NCBI GenBank assembly: GCA_016196545.1
Contig: JACPXM010000023.1
Location: 1-46,271 of the forward strand
Direction of reading: 5' to 3'
Source: Candidatus Omnitrophota bacterium
Lineage (GTDB): Bacteria > Omnitrophota > Omnitrophia > Omnitrophales > Aquincolibacteriaceae
DNA length: 46,271 nt
Made by a program: the position numbers and the translations under genes. The notes beneath the pieces were generated by a model, which was not told where the DNA came from, made no database searches, and saw only the letters and a list, made by a program, of their open reading frames with translations. Every line of letters begins with the position of its first letter. Positions within the stretch are counted from its first letter, which is position 1. Shown here piece after piece: positions 8,419 to 19,778 of this stretch.

Positions 8419-9318
8419 TCACTTTACCTTCCTGTAGATCCCAATTTTTAGCAGTCTTGCAATATTTGCGTTCTCATCAATGACCGGTTTCAAAAACGCC
8501 CCGCTTGTCGTCATGAGGGTTGAAAGCCCGGGGCCGTGTCCAGGGAGCATGCTATTGGAATGCACAACCACTCCCACCGAAACAGCCCCCTTGCGAAAGG
8601 TTCGGCCGTAAGAATGGTCGTGATCCATCACAGCGACCAAATCGCCAAAACAAAGCCTATCGAGATTGTATTTTTTTACGGCTTGGGCGTCATGCGTCAT
8701 GATATCGCAATCTCCGGTACCAATATTATTGTGACCCATGCCGGAGCCCATAAGTTCCGCGGGTACGATTGCGGACACACCGATTTCGAGTTTGTGCCCT
8801 GTGAGAGCGCAAATCGGAAGTTTGGCCAGAAGTCCGGGATCCAGGCTGTAAACTTTAATGTCCGGAAAATCCACGAGCTTCAGGCCCTGACCGAAGGCCT
8901 CAATTAAAATTTTGTCGTCAAGGTGAAGTTTGTAGAGGGTCGCCTCGTCAAAATCAATCGTCACGTGTTCCACACCGCCGTGATGCCCCGTCACCGTGCC
9001 GCGCTTTCCCTTGGCCTCTCCGTTGAGAATGCGCGCGCTGTTTCCGATACAGGCCAAAAAATTAAAACCCATATTGGCGCGGGAGCTGCGCTTGTCTTCA
9101 TCCAAAATTGCGGAAACGCCCGGCTCAATGTGATCGCCTTCCCAGTCAAACACATTGTGGCCGGTTTTGACATTGTAAACAATACCCCCCGTGGAGGGTA
9201 AGGCAAAAGGGGTTCCGTCGTGTGCGATTTCAAACTCGGCAAATTGCGAGGCGTTCGCCACGCGCCCCTGCACCGCCATTTTTACCAATCGATCTTCATT
9301 CGTTTTAAACTTTGTCAT
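8419..9318 (-). CDS. conserved hypothetical protein (possibly DUF4438 family)
   Basis: 299-aa soluble ORF with a clean start. The family name is from memory only and needs an HMM check. Confidence 0.5.
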   Translation of the reverse strand: MTKFKTNEDRLVKMAVQGRVANASQFAEFEIAHDGTPFALPSTGGIVYNVKTGHNVFDWEGDHIEPGVSAILDEDKRSSRANMGFNFLACIGNSARILNGEAKGKRGTVTGHHGGVEHVTIDFDEATLYKLHLDDKILIEAFGQGLKLVDFPDIKVYSLDPGLLAKLPICALTGHKLEIGVSAIVPAELMGSGMGHNNIGTGDCDIMTHDAQAVKKYNLDRLCFGDLVAVMDHDHSYGRTFRKGAVSVGVVVHSNSMLPGHGPGLSTLMTTSGAFLKPVIDENANIARLLKIGIYRKVK

Positions 9319-9375
9319 AGGCGGTATTTTATAGCATTTTTGAAGGTTCTCGTAAGCAAATTATTGATCTTCATT

Positions 9376-9900
9376 TTATTTCCTTTTTCCCCAAATTTTT
9401 CCCATTTTGCGGAGGAATATTTGATAATCCCGCTCCGCTTGGGCCTTCTGACGCGCGCGCTCTTCCTCGATTTGCTTGGAAAGGATTTCGACACCGTTTT
9501 CGGGAAGCCTCCGGCTGAGTTCGAACTCGGCAAGCTGACGTTTTTTTGCCGCCACCGGCTTCTTTTGAAACCCTGGAAGCGCTTGCTTTAATAATTCCGC
9601 GATTTCTTTTTCCGGTTCAGAAAGTTTGGTGCGGGAATCTAAAATTCCCCTCGCGATTTTTTTTACGCGGGCATTGGACAATCGAAACACCGGTTCCGAA
9701 GAGCTCCCTTCCAAAACTTCAGCAGGGCGAATTCCAAGGGCTTCACAAATCTTAAGAAAGGTGGAAAGCGTGGGGTCTTGTTTCTCTTTTTCGATTTTGG
9801 AAAGATTGGCCTGAGAAATTCCCGTACGCCTGGAGAGTTCTTCCTGGGTTATTCCCTTTTGCAATCTTAAAGGGTAGAGATTTGTTACGCGCGTAGACAC
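9376..9900 (-). CDS. XRE-family HTH transcriptional regulator with long charged C-terminal tail
   Basis: The N-terminus LRLQKGITQEELSRRTGISQANLSKIEKEKQDPTLSTFLKICEALGI is a Cro/C1-type HTH. GTG start. Confidence 0.8.
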   Translation of the reverse strand: MSTRVTNLYPLRLQKGITQEELSRRTGISQANLSKIEKEKQDPTLSTFLKICEALGIRPAEVLEGSSSEPVFRLSNARVKKIARGILDSRTKLSEPEKEIAELLKQALPGFQKKPVAAKKRQLAEFELSRRLPENGVEILSKQIEEERARQKAQAERDYQIFLRKMGKIWGKRK

Positions 9901-9909
9901 TGTAGATAA

Positions 9910-9939
9910 AATATATCAAATTCGATATATTTCTGTCAA
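9910..9939 (-). promoter_or_regulatory. candidate promoter (TTGACA-18-TATATT) overlapping a 20-bp imperfect palindrome operator upstream of the XRE gene
   Basis: The reverse complement of 9934-9939 is TTGACA and of 9910-9915 is TATATT. The palindrome atatatcaaattcgatatat lies at 9911-9930. The -10 ends about 9 nt before the GTG at 9900. Confidence 0.4.
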
Positions 9940-10006
9940 ATTCGTCAGACGCCGGACGAATTCAGAAGAAGGCCCCCTTTCTCCTTGCGTTGAATTTCAA
10001 AACGAT

Positions 10007-11089
10007 CTATCTTCCAACGTATTCATACGAACTATCCACAAGACAGGGCTCGTAGCCGGCGTCGCGGATAAGGCGCTCGAGTTCTCTGGCGGAAAGATCG
10101 ACGGGAGTTTCAGAGCCGGCGTCGTGGACGATTTTTTCATTGAGATTGGTACCGCCGAGGTCATCGATTCCAAAGGAAAGCGCGACTTGGCCCATTTTGA
10201 GGCCGGTGGTAATCCAGTGCGCCTTTAAATGCGGAATATTATCGAAAAGAAGGCGCGAGACGGCGTAGACTTTTAAATCCAAAAAACCGCCGGCCTCACC
10301 GAGCTTTCCCATGGGCGTGTTTTCGGCGTTGTAGGCGAGCGGAATAAAAGAATAAAATCCGTGGGTTTTATCTTGAAGCTCGCGAAGCCGAAGGACGTGG
10401 TCCACGCGGTCTTCGTCGGTTTCAATGTGACCGTAAAGCATGGTAGCGTTCGTGCGAAGGTCGAGTTCATGCGCGATTTCATGAATCGCAAGCCATTCCT
10501 CCGCCGTGATTTTATCTTTGCAGATTTTCTGGCGTATTTTCGGCGCAAAAATTTCCGCACCGCCGCCGGGCATTCCGTCGAGGCCGGCTTGTTTTAATTC
10601 GACGAGGACGTCTCGCCAGCTCATGGCCTCCCGCTTGGCAATGTCGTCGATTTCCGGCGCGGTGAGGGCCTTAATATAAATCGAATCCTTCACCTCACGA
10701 ATCCCTTTCATCATTTGAATATAATAATCCAAACCAAGCTCGGGATTGTGGCCGCCCACGATGTGGACTTCATTGATATTCCATTTTTCAATGCCTTGGC
10801 GCACGCGGTCCTGAATTTCTTCCACAGAAAAAGCGTAGCCACCCTCTTCCCCGGGACGCCGGGCAAAGGCGCAAAAAAGGCAGCGCAGAACACAGACATT
10901 GGTGTGATTTAAATGAAGGTTCACGGAATAAAAAACACGCTCACCGTTTAGCTTGCGGCGAACCCTTTGGGCAAGGGAACCCAGCAGGGCAAGGTCATGG
11001 GTCCGGTAAAGCCTCAGGCCGTCTTCAAAGGTAAGACGCTCGCCCGCTTCGATTTTTTCGTGAATGTCGTTAAAAGGTGAAAAGTCCAT
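10007..11089 (-). CDS. mqnE: radical SAM enzyme of the futalosine menaquinone pathway (MqnE/MqnC family, MqnE-like)
   Basis: The CVLRCLFCAF cluster motif is preceded by NLHLNHTN. The length (360 aa) and N-terminal ERLTFEDGLRLY...LLGSLA pattern are typical of aminofutalosine synthase. MqnE versus MqnC cannot be resolved by eye. Confidence 0.65.
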   Translation of the reverse strand: MDFSPFNDIHEKIEAGERLTFEDGLRLYRTHDLALLGSLAQRVRRKLNGERVFYSVNLHLNHTNVCVLRCLFCAFARRPGEEGGYAFSVEEIQDRVRQGIEKWNINEVHIVGGHNPELGLDYYIQMMKGIREVKDSIYIKALTAPEIDDIAKREAMSWRDVLVELKQAGLDGMPGGGAEIFAPKIRQKICKDKITAEEWLAIHEIAHELDLRTNATMLYGHIETDEDRVDHVLRLRELQDKTHGFYSFIPLAYNAENTPMGKLGEAGGFLDLKVYAVSRLLFDNIPHLKAHWITTGLKMGQVALSFGIDDLGGTNLNEKIVHDAGSETPVDLSARELERLIRDAGYEPCLVDSSYEYVGR

Positions 11090-11096
11090 AAATCTG

Positions 11097-11148
11097 CCGG
11101 TTCCAGGTTGCCGCCGGCAACCTGGAACCGGTAAGTTTTGTTAGGTTT
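11097..11148 (-). repeat. 52-nt element: last codons and stop of ispG plus a 35-nt perfect palindrome. Identical copy at 27905-27956.
   Basis: The reverse complement reads aaacctaacaaaacttaccggttccaggttgccggcggcaacctggaaccgg, the same string as after nuoI. Confidence 0.85.
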
Positions 11149-12208
11149 GGGTCTTTTTTTCTATGTCTTTAAACAGTTCATCCACCAGTTTTTCTTCCTC
11201 CACCACGCGGTGCTGCTTGCCGTCCAAGTAAATCATGCCTTTATCTTTGCCGCCCGTGATACCAAAATCGGATTCATGGGCCTCCCCGGGGCCGTTGACA
11301 ACACAGCCCAGCACAGAAATCGTCAGCGGATCTTTGAGTTTTTGCGCGCGGCTTTCCACTTCGTTGGCCAGTTTTAAAACATCCACTTCCGCGCGGCCGC
11401 AGCTCGGACAGGAAATCACGCGAACGCCTTTGCGAAGCTCAAGCGCTTCCAGAATCATCTTGCCAACTTTGATTTCCTCGACGGACTCTGCCGTCAGAGA
11501 AACTCGAATCGTGTCTCCAATACCCTCCTGAAGCAAGGTTCCAATACCAATGGCATTGTAAATGGAGCCGCGGAGCAAAGTCCCGGCCTCGGTCACACCC
11601 AAATGTAAAGGATAGGGAAAAGTCTGGCTGGCAAGCCGGTAAGCAGCCACCATGGTGGGAACGTTCGAGGCCTTGAGCGAAATAATAATGTCGTGAAAAT
11701 CAAGTTCTTCTAAAATCGCGACGTGGCGCTTCGCGCTTTCAACCAAAGCTTCGGGCGTGGGACCGAATTTTTCCATCAAATCTTTTTCGAGAGACCCGCC
11801 GTTCACGCCGATGCGAATCGGAACGCCCCGCTTTTTTGCCTTTTGCACGATTTCAACCGTATATTCCCTTTTTCCGATATTTCCGGGATTAAGGCGAAGT
11901 TTATCCACGCCTTCATCAAGCGCGATTAAAGCGAAACGGGAATTAAAATGAATGTCGGCGATAAGCGGGATTGTGATTCTCGATTTAATCTTTCCAAGGG
12001 CGCGTGCATCGGCCTCCGTAGGCGTCGCCACACGCACGAGCTCACAGCCGGCCTCGGCGAGCTGGGCAATTTGATCGACCGTCGCTTCCACATCACGCGT
12101 GTGTGTCGTCGTCATGGATTGAAGGCGCACCGGGGCATCGCCCCCTAGCGTGACGCTGCCGATTTTGACTTGTCTTGTCTTTTTTCGTGGTGATTGCATA
12201 GGATTCAT
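11141..12208 (-). CDS. ispG: 4-hydroxy-3-methylbut-2-en-1-yl diphosphate synthase (MEP pathway)
   Basis: 355 aa. The GcpE pattern is present: VRLQSMTTT, RINPGNIG-like LRLNPGNIG, CPSCGR and GCVVNGPGE. Confidence 0.93.
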   Translation of the reverse strand: MNPMQSPRKKTRQVKIGSVTLGGDAPVRLQSMTTTHTRDVEATVDQIAQLAEAGCELVRVATPTEADARALGKIKSRITIPLIADIHFNSRFALIALDEGVDKLRLNPGNIGKREYTVEIVQKAKKRGVPIRIGVNGGSLEKDLMEKFGPTPEALVESAKRHVAILEELDFHDIIISLKASNVPTMVAAYRLASQTFPYPLHLGVTEAGTLLRGSIYNAIGIGTLLQEGIGDTIRVSLTAESVEEIKVGKMILEALELRKGVRVISCPSCGRAEVDVLKLANEVESRAQKLKDPLTISVLGCVVNGPGEAHESDFGITGGKDKGMIYLDGKQHRVVEEEKLVDELFKDIEKKTQT

Positions 12209-12222
12209 ACCTATAACCGTGA

Positions 12223-12263
12223 GAAACAGGGGACCGGCTGAACTTCAGCCGGTCCCCTGTTTC
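12223..12263. repeat. perfect 20-bp-stem palindrome between nadA and ispG
   Basis: gaaacaggggaccggctgaa-c-ttcagccggtcccctgtttc. It overlaps the nadA stop codon by 2 nt. Confidence 0.7.
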
Positions 12264-13188
12264 ATACTATGGCCAACATTCGCTCGATGGGAAGCCGGGC
12301 GCGGTCCGCGAGCTCTTTCGGAACTTTAACTTCATACTGTAGGTTTTCAAGCGCTCGAGCGAGTTTTTCCATATCATTCATTTTCATAAAGGAACAAACC
12401 GCCTGCGGGCTGGCGGGAATAAAGGTTTTTTCCGGATGGTCTTTTTGCAGGCGGTGCAAAATTCCGGTTTCCGTGGCGATAATGAATTCCTGGGCCGCAG
12501 ATTCATGGACATAGCGAACCATGCCTTCGGTCGAAAGGATGCGGTCGGCCAAATGCATGGATTTCGTTAGGCAGCCGCATTCCGGGTGCATTAAAAATTC
12601 AGCCTTCGGATGCTCGGCGCGCAGTTTATCAATTTCATGAGATTGAATCAGAACATGCGTCGGACAATACCCGCGCCAGAGCTCCATTTTCTCCCGGCCC
12701 GTCTTTTGCTTCACATAGGTCCCAAGAAAAAAGTCGGGAACAAAAAGGATTTCTTTGTCCGGAGAAATGCTCGCCACCACCTTTTCCGCATTGGAAGACG
12801 TGCAGCAATAATCGCATTCGGCCTTCACGGAAGCCGAAGTATTAATGTAGCAGACAACAACACCCGCCGGGTGCTTTTGCTTCCATTCCCGAATATCCTC
12901 CGGGCGAATCATGTCGGCAAGGGAGCAGCCAGCCTCCAAATCCGGGACCAGGACTTTTTTGTCCGGACACAGAATGCTTGCCGTCTCTGCCATAAAATGG
13001 ACCCCGCAGAAAACAATCACATCCTTCGTGGTCTTGGCGGCTTCCTGGGCCAGGCGCAGGGAATCGCCCGTGAAATCGGCCACATCTTGAATATCACCCA
13101 TTTGATAGTTGTGAGCCAAAATGATGGCATTGCGATTTTTTTTCAGCGTTGCGATTTCGTCTTGGATGGAGTTGTAGAATTTATTCAT
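12262..13188 (-). CDS. nadA: quinolinate synthase
   Basis: ILAHNYQ...DFTGDS, FCGVHFMAE and HPEC motifs. I moved the start to the ATG at 13188 (MNKFYNS...) because the ORF-track TTG start lies inside the upstream palindrome. Confidence 0.92.
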   Translation of the reverse strand: MNKFYNSIQDEIATLKKNRNAIILAHNYQMGDIQDVADFTGDSLRLAQEAAKTTKDVIVFCGVHFMAETASILCPDKKVLVPDLEAGCSLADMIRPEDIREWKQKHPAGVVVCYINTSASVKAECDYCCTSSNAEKVVASISPDKEILFVPDFFLGTYVKQKTGREKMELWRGYCPTHVLIQSHEIDKLRAEHPKAEFLMHPECGCLTKSMHLADRILSTEGMVRYVHESAAQEFIIATETGILHRLQKDHPEKTFIPASPQAVCSFMKMNDMEKLARALENLQYEVKVPKELADRARLPIERMLAIV

Positions 13189-13202
13189 AGGCGACACCCA
13201 CC

Positions 13203-13227
13203 CCAAAAGGTACCAGTTTCCTTTTGG
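13203..13227. repeat. REP-A family palindrome between thiC and nadA
   Basis: ccaaaaggtaccagtttccttttgg. Confidence 0.65.
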
Positions 13228-13233
13228 CTTTGA

Positions 13234-15661
<2,428 letters not shown>

Positions 15662-15668
15662 AGATAAT

Positions 15669-16601
15669 CTACAACAATTTCTCCCCTAACGGCAAGGGGT
15701 GCTTCGGTGCGTCGGTGCGGAGGGGTCTCATTTTCTGGCCAAAAGCCTCGAGAAGGTGTGTTTCCTCAGGAGACAGAGCAGGACCCTCACAGGTACCTGC
15801 AAATTCATTGATTTTCTCTTCCGAATCCATTTCAAGAAGCACGGAAGCCGTAGCTGAATTCTTGAGAAGGTATTGAACCACGGCTTGATTGCGCCCGCGG
15901 CACTTTCCCCGGTCCAGTCGGTTTAAGTCCTCTATTTTTTCAAAGCCCTCGGGAATGGGAGAGCGGCTGATCACACAGGCGCCGTAGCGCTTCGCTTCAA
16001 GAAAAATCTCTTCCCGAGCCTCCCGCTCCGCCAAAGGATGGGTCAGTTGAAGCGAACGGGTTTTCCGAAATTTTAGAAAAAATTTTCCTTCCTCGAGCCC
16101 TGCACTCCCGGGATCTAAGGCCACGCCCCAGGCAATGACTTTTCCTTGCTTGCGTAATTTTTCGAGGGCGGCCACGAGATCTTCCGAGGCCCCGTCTTCC
16201 AGGTCCGGATGATGAATCTGATAAAGATCAATATGGTCGGTACGAAGCCGCCTCAAACTGTCTTCACAAGCGAGAGGTAAATACCGGGGCGTGAAATTTT
16301 TCATCCCCTTCAGGGATTTTGAAAAAGTGTCTGCAGGCAGGGATTCATAACCAAATTTGGTCGCCATCACAACCCGTTCCCGCTCCTCACGAAAAGCCGC
16401 TCCCAAAAGAGATTCCACACGCCCTCCCCCGTAAATGTCAGCGGTGTCAAAGAAATTAATCCCTCGGTCCAGCGCGTAACGCATGAGATGATGCGCCGCT
16501 TTATCTGGGATCGTATCCCATCGGCTGCCGTCGAGACTTCCGAGTTTAAAGCCGATTTCCGATATTTTTAAATGGGTTCCGGGTATGATGCGATACCGCA
16601 T
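15669..16601 (-). CDS. aldo/keto reductase family oxidoreductase
   Basis: GINFFDTADIYGGG and DLYQIHHPD motifs. Confidence 0.85.
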   Translation of the reverse strand: MRYRIIPGTHLKISEIGFKLGSLDGSRWDTIPDKAAHHLMRYALDRGINFFDTADIYGGGRVESLLGAAFREERERVVMATKFGYESLPADTFSKSLKGMKNFTPRYLPLACEDSLRRLRTDHIDLYQIHHPDLEDGASEDLVAALEKLRKQGKVIAWGVALDPGSAGLEEGKFFLKFRKTRSLQLTHPLAEREAREEIFLEAKRYGACVISRSPIPEGFEKIEDLNRLDRGKCRGRNQAVVQYLLKNSATASVLLEMDSEEKINEFAGTCEGPALSPEETHLLEAFGQKMRPLRTDAPKHPLPLGEKLL

Positions 16602-16646
16602 AAGGAAGACGTAATGATACCTCGGCAGGGCGGATTTGTCTAGGAG

Positions 16647-17324
16647 CTAGACTTTCTCTCCGCGACGCTCACGGATGTGGTGGCGCACGTCGATTCCGCG
16701 TTTGAGGTAAATGACATCTTCGGCAATATTTGTAGCAAGATCCGCCACGCGCTCCAGATTATGAGAAACCATAATAAGGCTGACGCCGGGCCGTATGCAT
16801 TGCGGTTTCTGGACCATAAGGATTTGCAGGTCATCGTAAATCTTATCGTTCAATCGATCCACGATATCGTCGCATTCGAGAATGGACTTGGCCTGGTCAG
16901 CGTCCTGCTCCATAAAGGCGTTCAGTGCATCCCGCATCATACGGCGTACATCCTGAGACATTTTGGGAAGGTCCTCATAAGGCTTGATGGGAGGCTCTTG
17001 ATTGATGATGAGCGCTTTTTCGGCGATATTCACGGCCTGGTCGCCCATACGCTCAAGGTCATTGTTAATTTTAAGCACCATCGTAATCAGCCGCAAATCT
17101 ACGGCAGCAGGCTGATTCAAAGCTATCAATTCGTGGCCAAGCTCATCGATTTCAATTTCATAAAGATTGATTTCCTGATCCCCTTTAATCACGGCAAGCG
17201 CCTTGGAGGAGTCGCGCTCAAAAAGCGAGGAGGTGGCAGCTTCCAAGGCTTGTTCCACCAAAAGGCCCATACGAAAGAGTTTATCTTTCAGTTTTTTTAA
17301 TTCTTCGTCGATGTGGCGTTTCAT
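16647..17324 (-). CDS. phoU: phosphate signaling complex protein PhoU
   Basis: Two PhoU repeats (DLERMGDQAVNIAE and NLERVADLATNIAED). I moved the start to the ATG at 17324 (MKRHIDEEL...) because the ORF-track start runs into the REP-B hairpin. Confidence 0.9.
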   Translation of the reverse strand: MKRHIDEELKKLKDKLFRMGLLVEQALEAATSSLFERDSSKALAVIKGDQEINLYEIEIDELGHELIALNQPAAVDLRLITMVLKINNDLERMGDQAVNIAEKALIINQEPPIKPYEDLPKMSQDVRRMMRDALNAFMEQDADQAKSILECDDIVDRLNDKIYDDLQILMVQKPQCIRPGVSLIMVSHNLERVADLATNIAEDVIYLKRGIDVRHHIRERRGEKV

Positions 17325-17369
17325 AGTTATGTGATCATAAAAAGAAAAATGAAGAAAAGCAACTACAAA

Positions 17370-17422
17370 CCCCACCTCCCACACACCCGGTGTGCAGCAC
17401 ACCGGGTGTGTGGGAGGTGGGG
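17370..17422. repeat. REP-B family: 53-nt perfect palindrome (26-bp arms) immediately after the rtcB stop
   Basis: ccccacctcccacacacccggtgtgc-a-gcacaccgggtgtgtgggaggtgggg. Confidence 0.85.
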
Positions 17423-18871
17423 TTATCCTTTAATGACGCCGAGGGGCCGCATACGAACCACTTTTTTTGCGACCCCGGATTCATCCATCACGCGGACCAC
17501 TTCGTTCACATCTTTATAAGCGGCCGGCTGCTCTTCATCAATTCCACGGCGGCCGCGCGCCATGACCACAATGCCTTTTTGTTCCAATTCTTTTTGAATG
17601 GAACGTCCCCGAGCTGCTTTTGCGGCCTGCGTGCGCGACATCGCCCTCCCCGCACCGTGGCAGGAGGTTCCAAAGGTTTCCTCCATGGCCCTTGCAGTCC
17701 CGATCAAAAGATAAGAATTCCGCCCCATGTCTCCCGGAACGATCACGGGCTGACCGATTTTCCGATAGCTTTCAGGGAGTTCGGGATGGCCCGCGGCAAA
17801 GGCCCGCGTGGCGCCTTTTCGGTGAACGCAAAGCGTTTTTTCTTTTCCGTCAATTTTAAAGCGTTCGAATTTTGCGATGTTATGCGCGACATCGTAAATC
17901 AAATCCATCCCAAGATCTCGAAAGCTCCGCTTAAAAAATTTTTCAAAGACTTCGCGCGTCAGCGCCATCAGGCATTGACGGTTGGCCCAGGCATAATTGG
18001 CAGCCGCACGCATGGCACCCAGATAATGTTGTCCCTCCGGAGATTTCACGGGAGCACAGGCCAGTTGAATATCCGGCACATCAATTTTATATTTTGAAAG
18101 TGACTTTCTTGAAAGGTCAAGTGAATCCTCGCAGATTTGATACCCAAACCCGCGCGAGCCGGAATGAATCATGACCGTCACTTGTCCTTTTTCCAATCCC
18201 AAGGCTCCCGCAAGGGAGGCATCCAAAATTTGATCAATGACCTGCACTTCAAGAAAATGATTTCCGGATCCAAGGGTCCCCAGTTGATTGGCGCCGCGCT
18301 CATAAGCGCGCTCAGAAACCAATTCAGGATCAGCACCTTCCAGGGCACCCCCGGCCTCGGTCGTTTCCAAGTCCTCTTGGATCCCAAGGCCCCGCGAGAC
18401 CGCCCAGCGCGCGCCCTCGCGTATTACTTTTTCTGCTTCCTTTCGGCTGAGTCGAATATTGCCCGATTCCCCCACGCCGCATGGAATCTGACTAAAGAGC
18501 GCTCCCACAAGCTCACGAAGAACGGGCCTCAAGTCTTCTTCCTTGAGGGAAGTCTTAACAAGTCGTACCCCGCAATTGATGTCATAACCCACTCCGCCAG
18601 GGGAAATGACGCCGCCTTCTTCCGGATCTGTGGCCGCCACGCCTCCGATAGGAAAGCCGTAGCCCCAGTGAATATCCGGCATCGCAAGCGAGTATTTCAC
18701 AATACCCGGAAGATGCGCTACATTGGCCACCTGTTCAAGCGCTTGGTCCGCCTGAAGCTTGGGAAGACTCTCTTCGCTGGCAAAGACAAGGCCCGGCACT
18801 CGCATTCCGGATTTATAACTTTTTGGAATTTCCCAGCGGTACTCATCAATTTTTTTGAGCGGAACTGTCAT
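17423..18871 (-). CDS. rtcB: RNA-splicing ligase RtcB
   Basis: HSGSRGFG and CHGAGR motifs, and GYDINCG. I preferred the ATG at 18871 (MTVPLKKIDEYRWEIP), which has a GGAAGGGA SD. The ORF-track start at 18949 would overlap archease by 26 nt. Confidence 0.93.
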   Translation of the reverse strand: MTVPLKKIDEYRWEIPKSYKSGMRVPGLVFASEESLPKLQADQALEQVANVAHLPGIVKYSLAMPDIHWGYGFPIGGVAATDPEEGGVISPGGVGYDINCGVRLVKTSLKEEDLRPVLRELVGALFSQIPCGVGESGNIRLSRKEAEKVIREGARWAVSRGLGIQEDLETTEAGGALEGADPELVSERAYERGANQLGTLGSGNHFLEVQVIDQILDASLAGALGLEKGQVTVMIHSGSRGFGYQICEDSLDLSRKSLSKYKIDVPDIQLACAPVKSPEGQHYLGAMRAAANYAWANRQCLMALTREVFEKFFKRSFRDLGMDLIYDVAHNIAKFERFKIDGKEKTLCVHRKGATRAFAAGHPELPESYRKIGQPVIVPGDMGRNSYLLIGTARAMEETFGTSCHGAGRAMSRTQAAKAARGRSIQKELEQKGIVVMARGRRGIDEEQPAAYKDVNEVVRVMDESGVAKKVVRMRPLGVIKG

Positions 18872-18923
18872 ATCCCTTCCATCCTTGCCGCTGCCGCTAT
18901 GAGATTGTGGGCGCTTCTCCTGT

Positions 18924-19346
18924 TTAAATGTCAAAAAGGACTTCGGCATGCCAACCGAAATTTTTGCTTTCCAGCTTAAAGCCGTGATAGGTCACAGCTT
19001 TGACCTCGTAGCGCTGCACATCCTGCTTGGGATCAAATCGATAACCCCAGGCCTGAACTTTCAAGGCCGTTTCGCGAAGGTCGTGAAATTGATAGTCGCT
19101 AAAAATAACGCCGTGAGCGGAAAATTCAAAAAGAAGCTCGCGAAGCCAAAGCATCAAAAGCCTTCCGGGGCCTTCGGCCGACAAATCAAATGATTTTTTG
19201 ATTCGCTTTCTTTCGACGGCCACAGGCCTTATTTCCGTAATTAAAGAAACAAGACCGATCGCGCCGTCTTGAAAAAGCTCGACTAAATTTTTCCCCTCCA
19301 GCGAGAGACCGATATCGGCGGTGTGTTCGAGGATTTTGTAGGGCAT
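18924..19346 (-). CDS. archease (RtcB activator)
   Basis: 140 aa with the MPYKILEHTADIG N-terminus typical of archease. It sits directly upstream of rtcB. Confidence 0.88.
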   Translation of the reverse strand: MPYKILEHTADIGLSLEGKNLVELFQDGAIGLVSLITEIRPVAVERKRIKKSFDLSAEGPGRLLMLWLRELLFEFSAHGVIFSDYQFHDLRETALKVQAWGYRFDPKQDVQRYEVKAVTYHGFKLESKNFGWHAEVLFDI

Positions 19347-19378
19347 GAACCGTCGGCGCGATGCCGCCTCGCCCCCCT

Positions 19379-19753
19379 TTAGGAAACCTTTTTGGCTAAC
19401 GCTTCCTGAATTTTTCCCACCAGAGTTTCAATGGTGAAGGGTTTTTTAAGGGTGGTGACGATATTACCCAGTTCAAAAAGTTTGGGCGGGATTTTTTCGT
19501 TGACGCTGGCGATAATGACAGGAATATTCAAACCCTTTTTTTCCGTACAGAGGCGGGTAAAAAACTCCTCGCCATCCATCACCGGCATAATCATATCTAA
19601 CACAATCAAATCCGGATTCTCTTTTTCCACCATCTCAAGGGCCTGTTTTCCGTTGTAGGCCCTGACGATTTGAAAAGACTCGCTTTGGAGATAAAGCCCG
19701 TAGAGCGTGTGAAGGTCTTCATCATCATCCACAATTAAAATTTTTTTGTTCAT
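19379..19753 (-). CDS. stand-alone receiver-domain response regulator
   Basis: KILIVDDDEDL...DLIVLDMIMPVMDG...K. I moved the start to the ATG at 19753, which has an AAAGGA SD. The ORF-track N-terminal extension is rejected. Confidence 0.88.
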   Translation of the reverse strand: MNKKILIVDDDEDLHTLYGLYLQSESFQIVRAYNGKQALEMVEKENPDLIVLDMIMPVMDGEEFFTRLCTEKKGLNIPVIIASVNEKIPPKLFELGNIVTTLKKPFTIETLVGKIQEALAKKVS

Positions 19754-19778
19754 CCCAATCCTTTTGATCTTTCGATCG

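Noticed and set aside
9315-9533. 72-aa minus-strand ORF overlapping the 3' end of the XRE regulator gene.
   Set aside because: It is out of frame within the regulator's charged tail, has a low-complexity Lys/Ser/Arg-rich translation, and overlaps the start of the next gene.
19347-19378. A sigma54 (TGGCAC-N5-TTGC) promoter upstream of archease/rtcB, as in RtcR-controlled systems.
   Set aside because: No such motif is present in the 32-nt gap or nearby.
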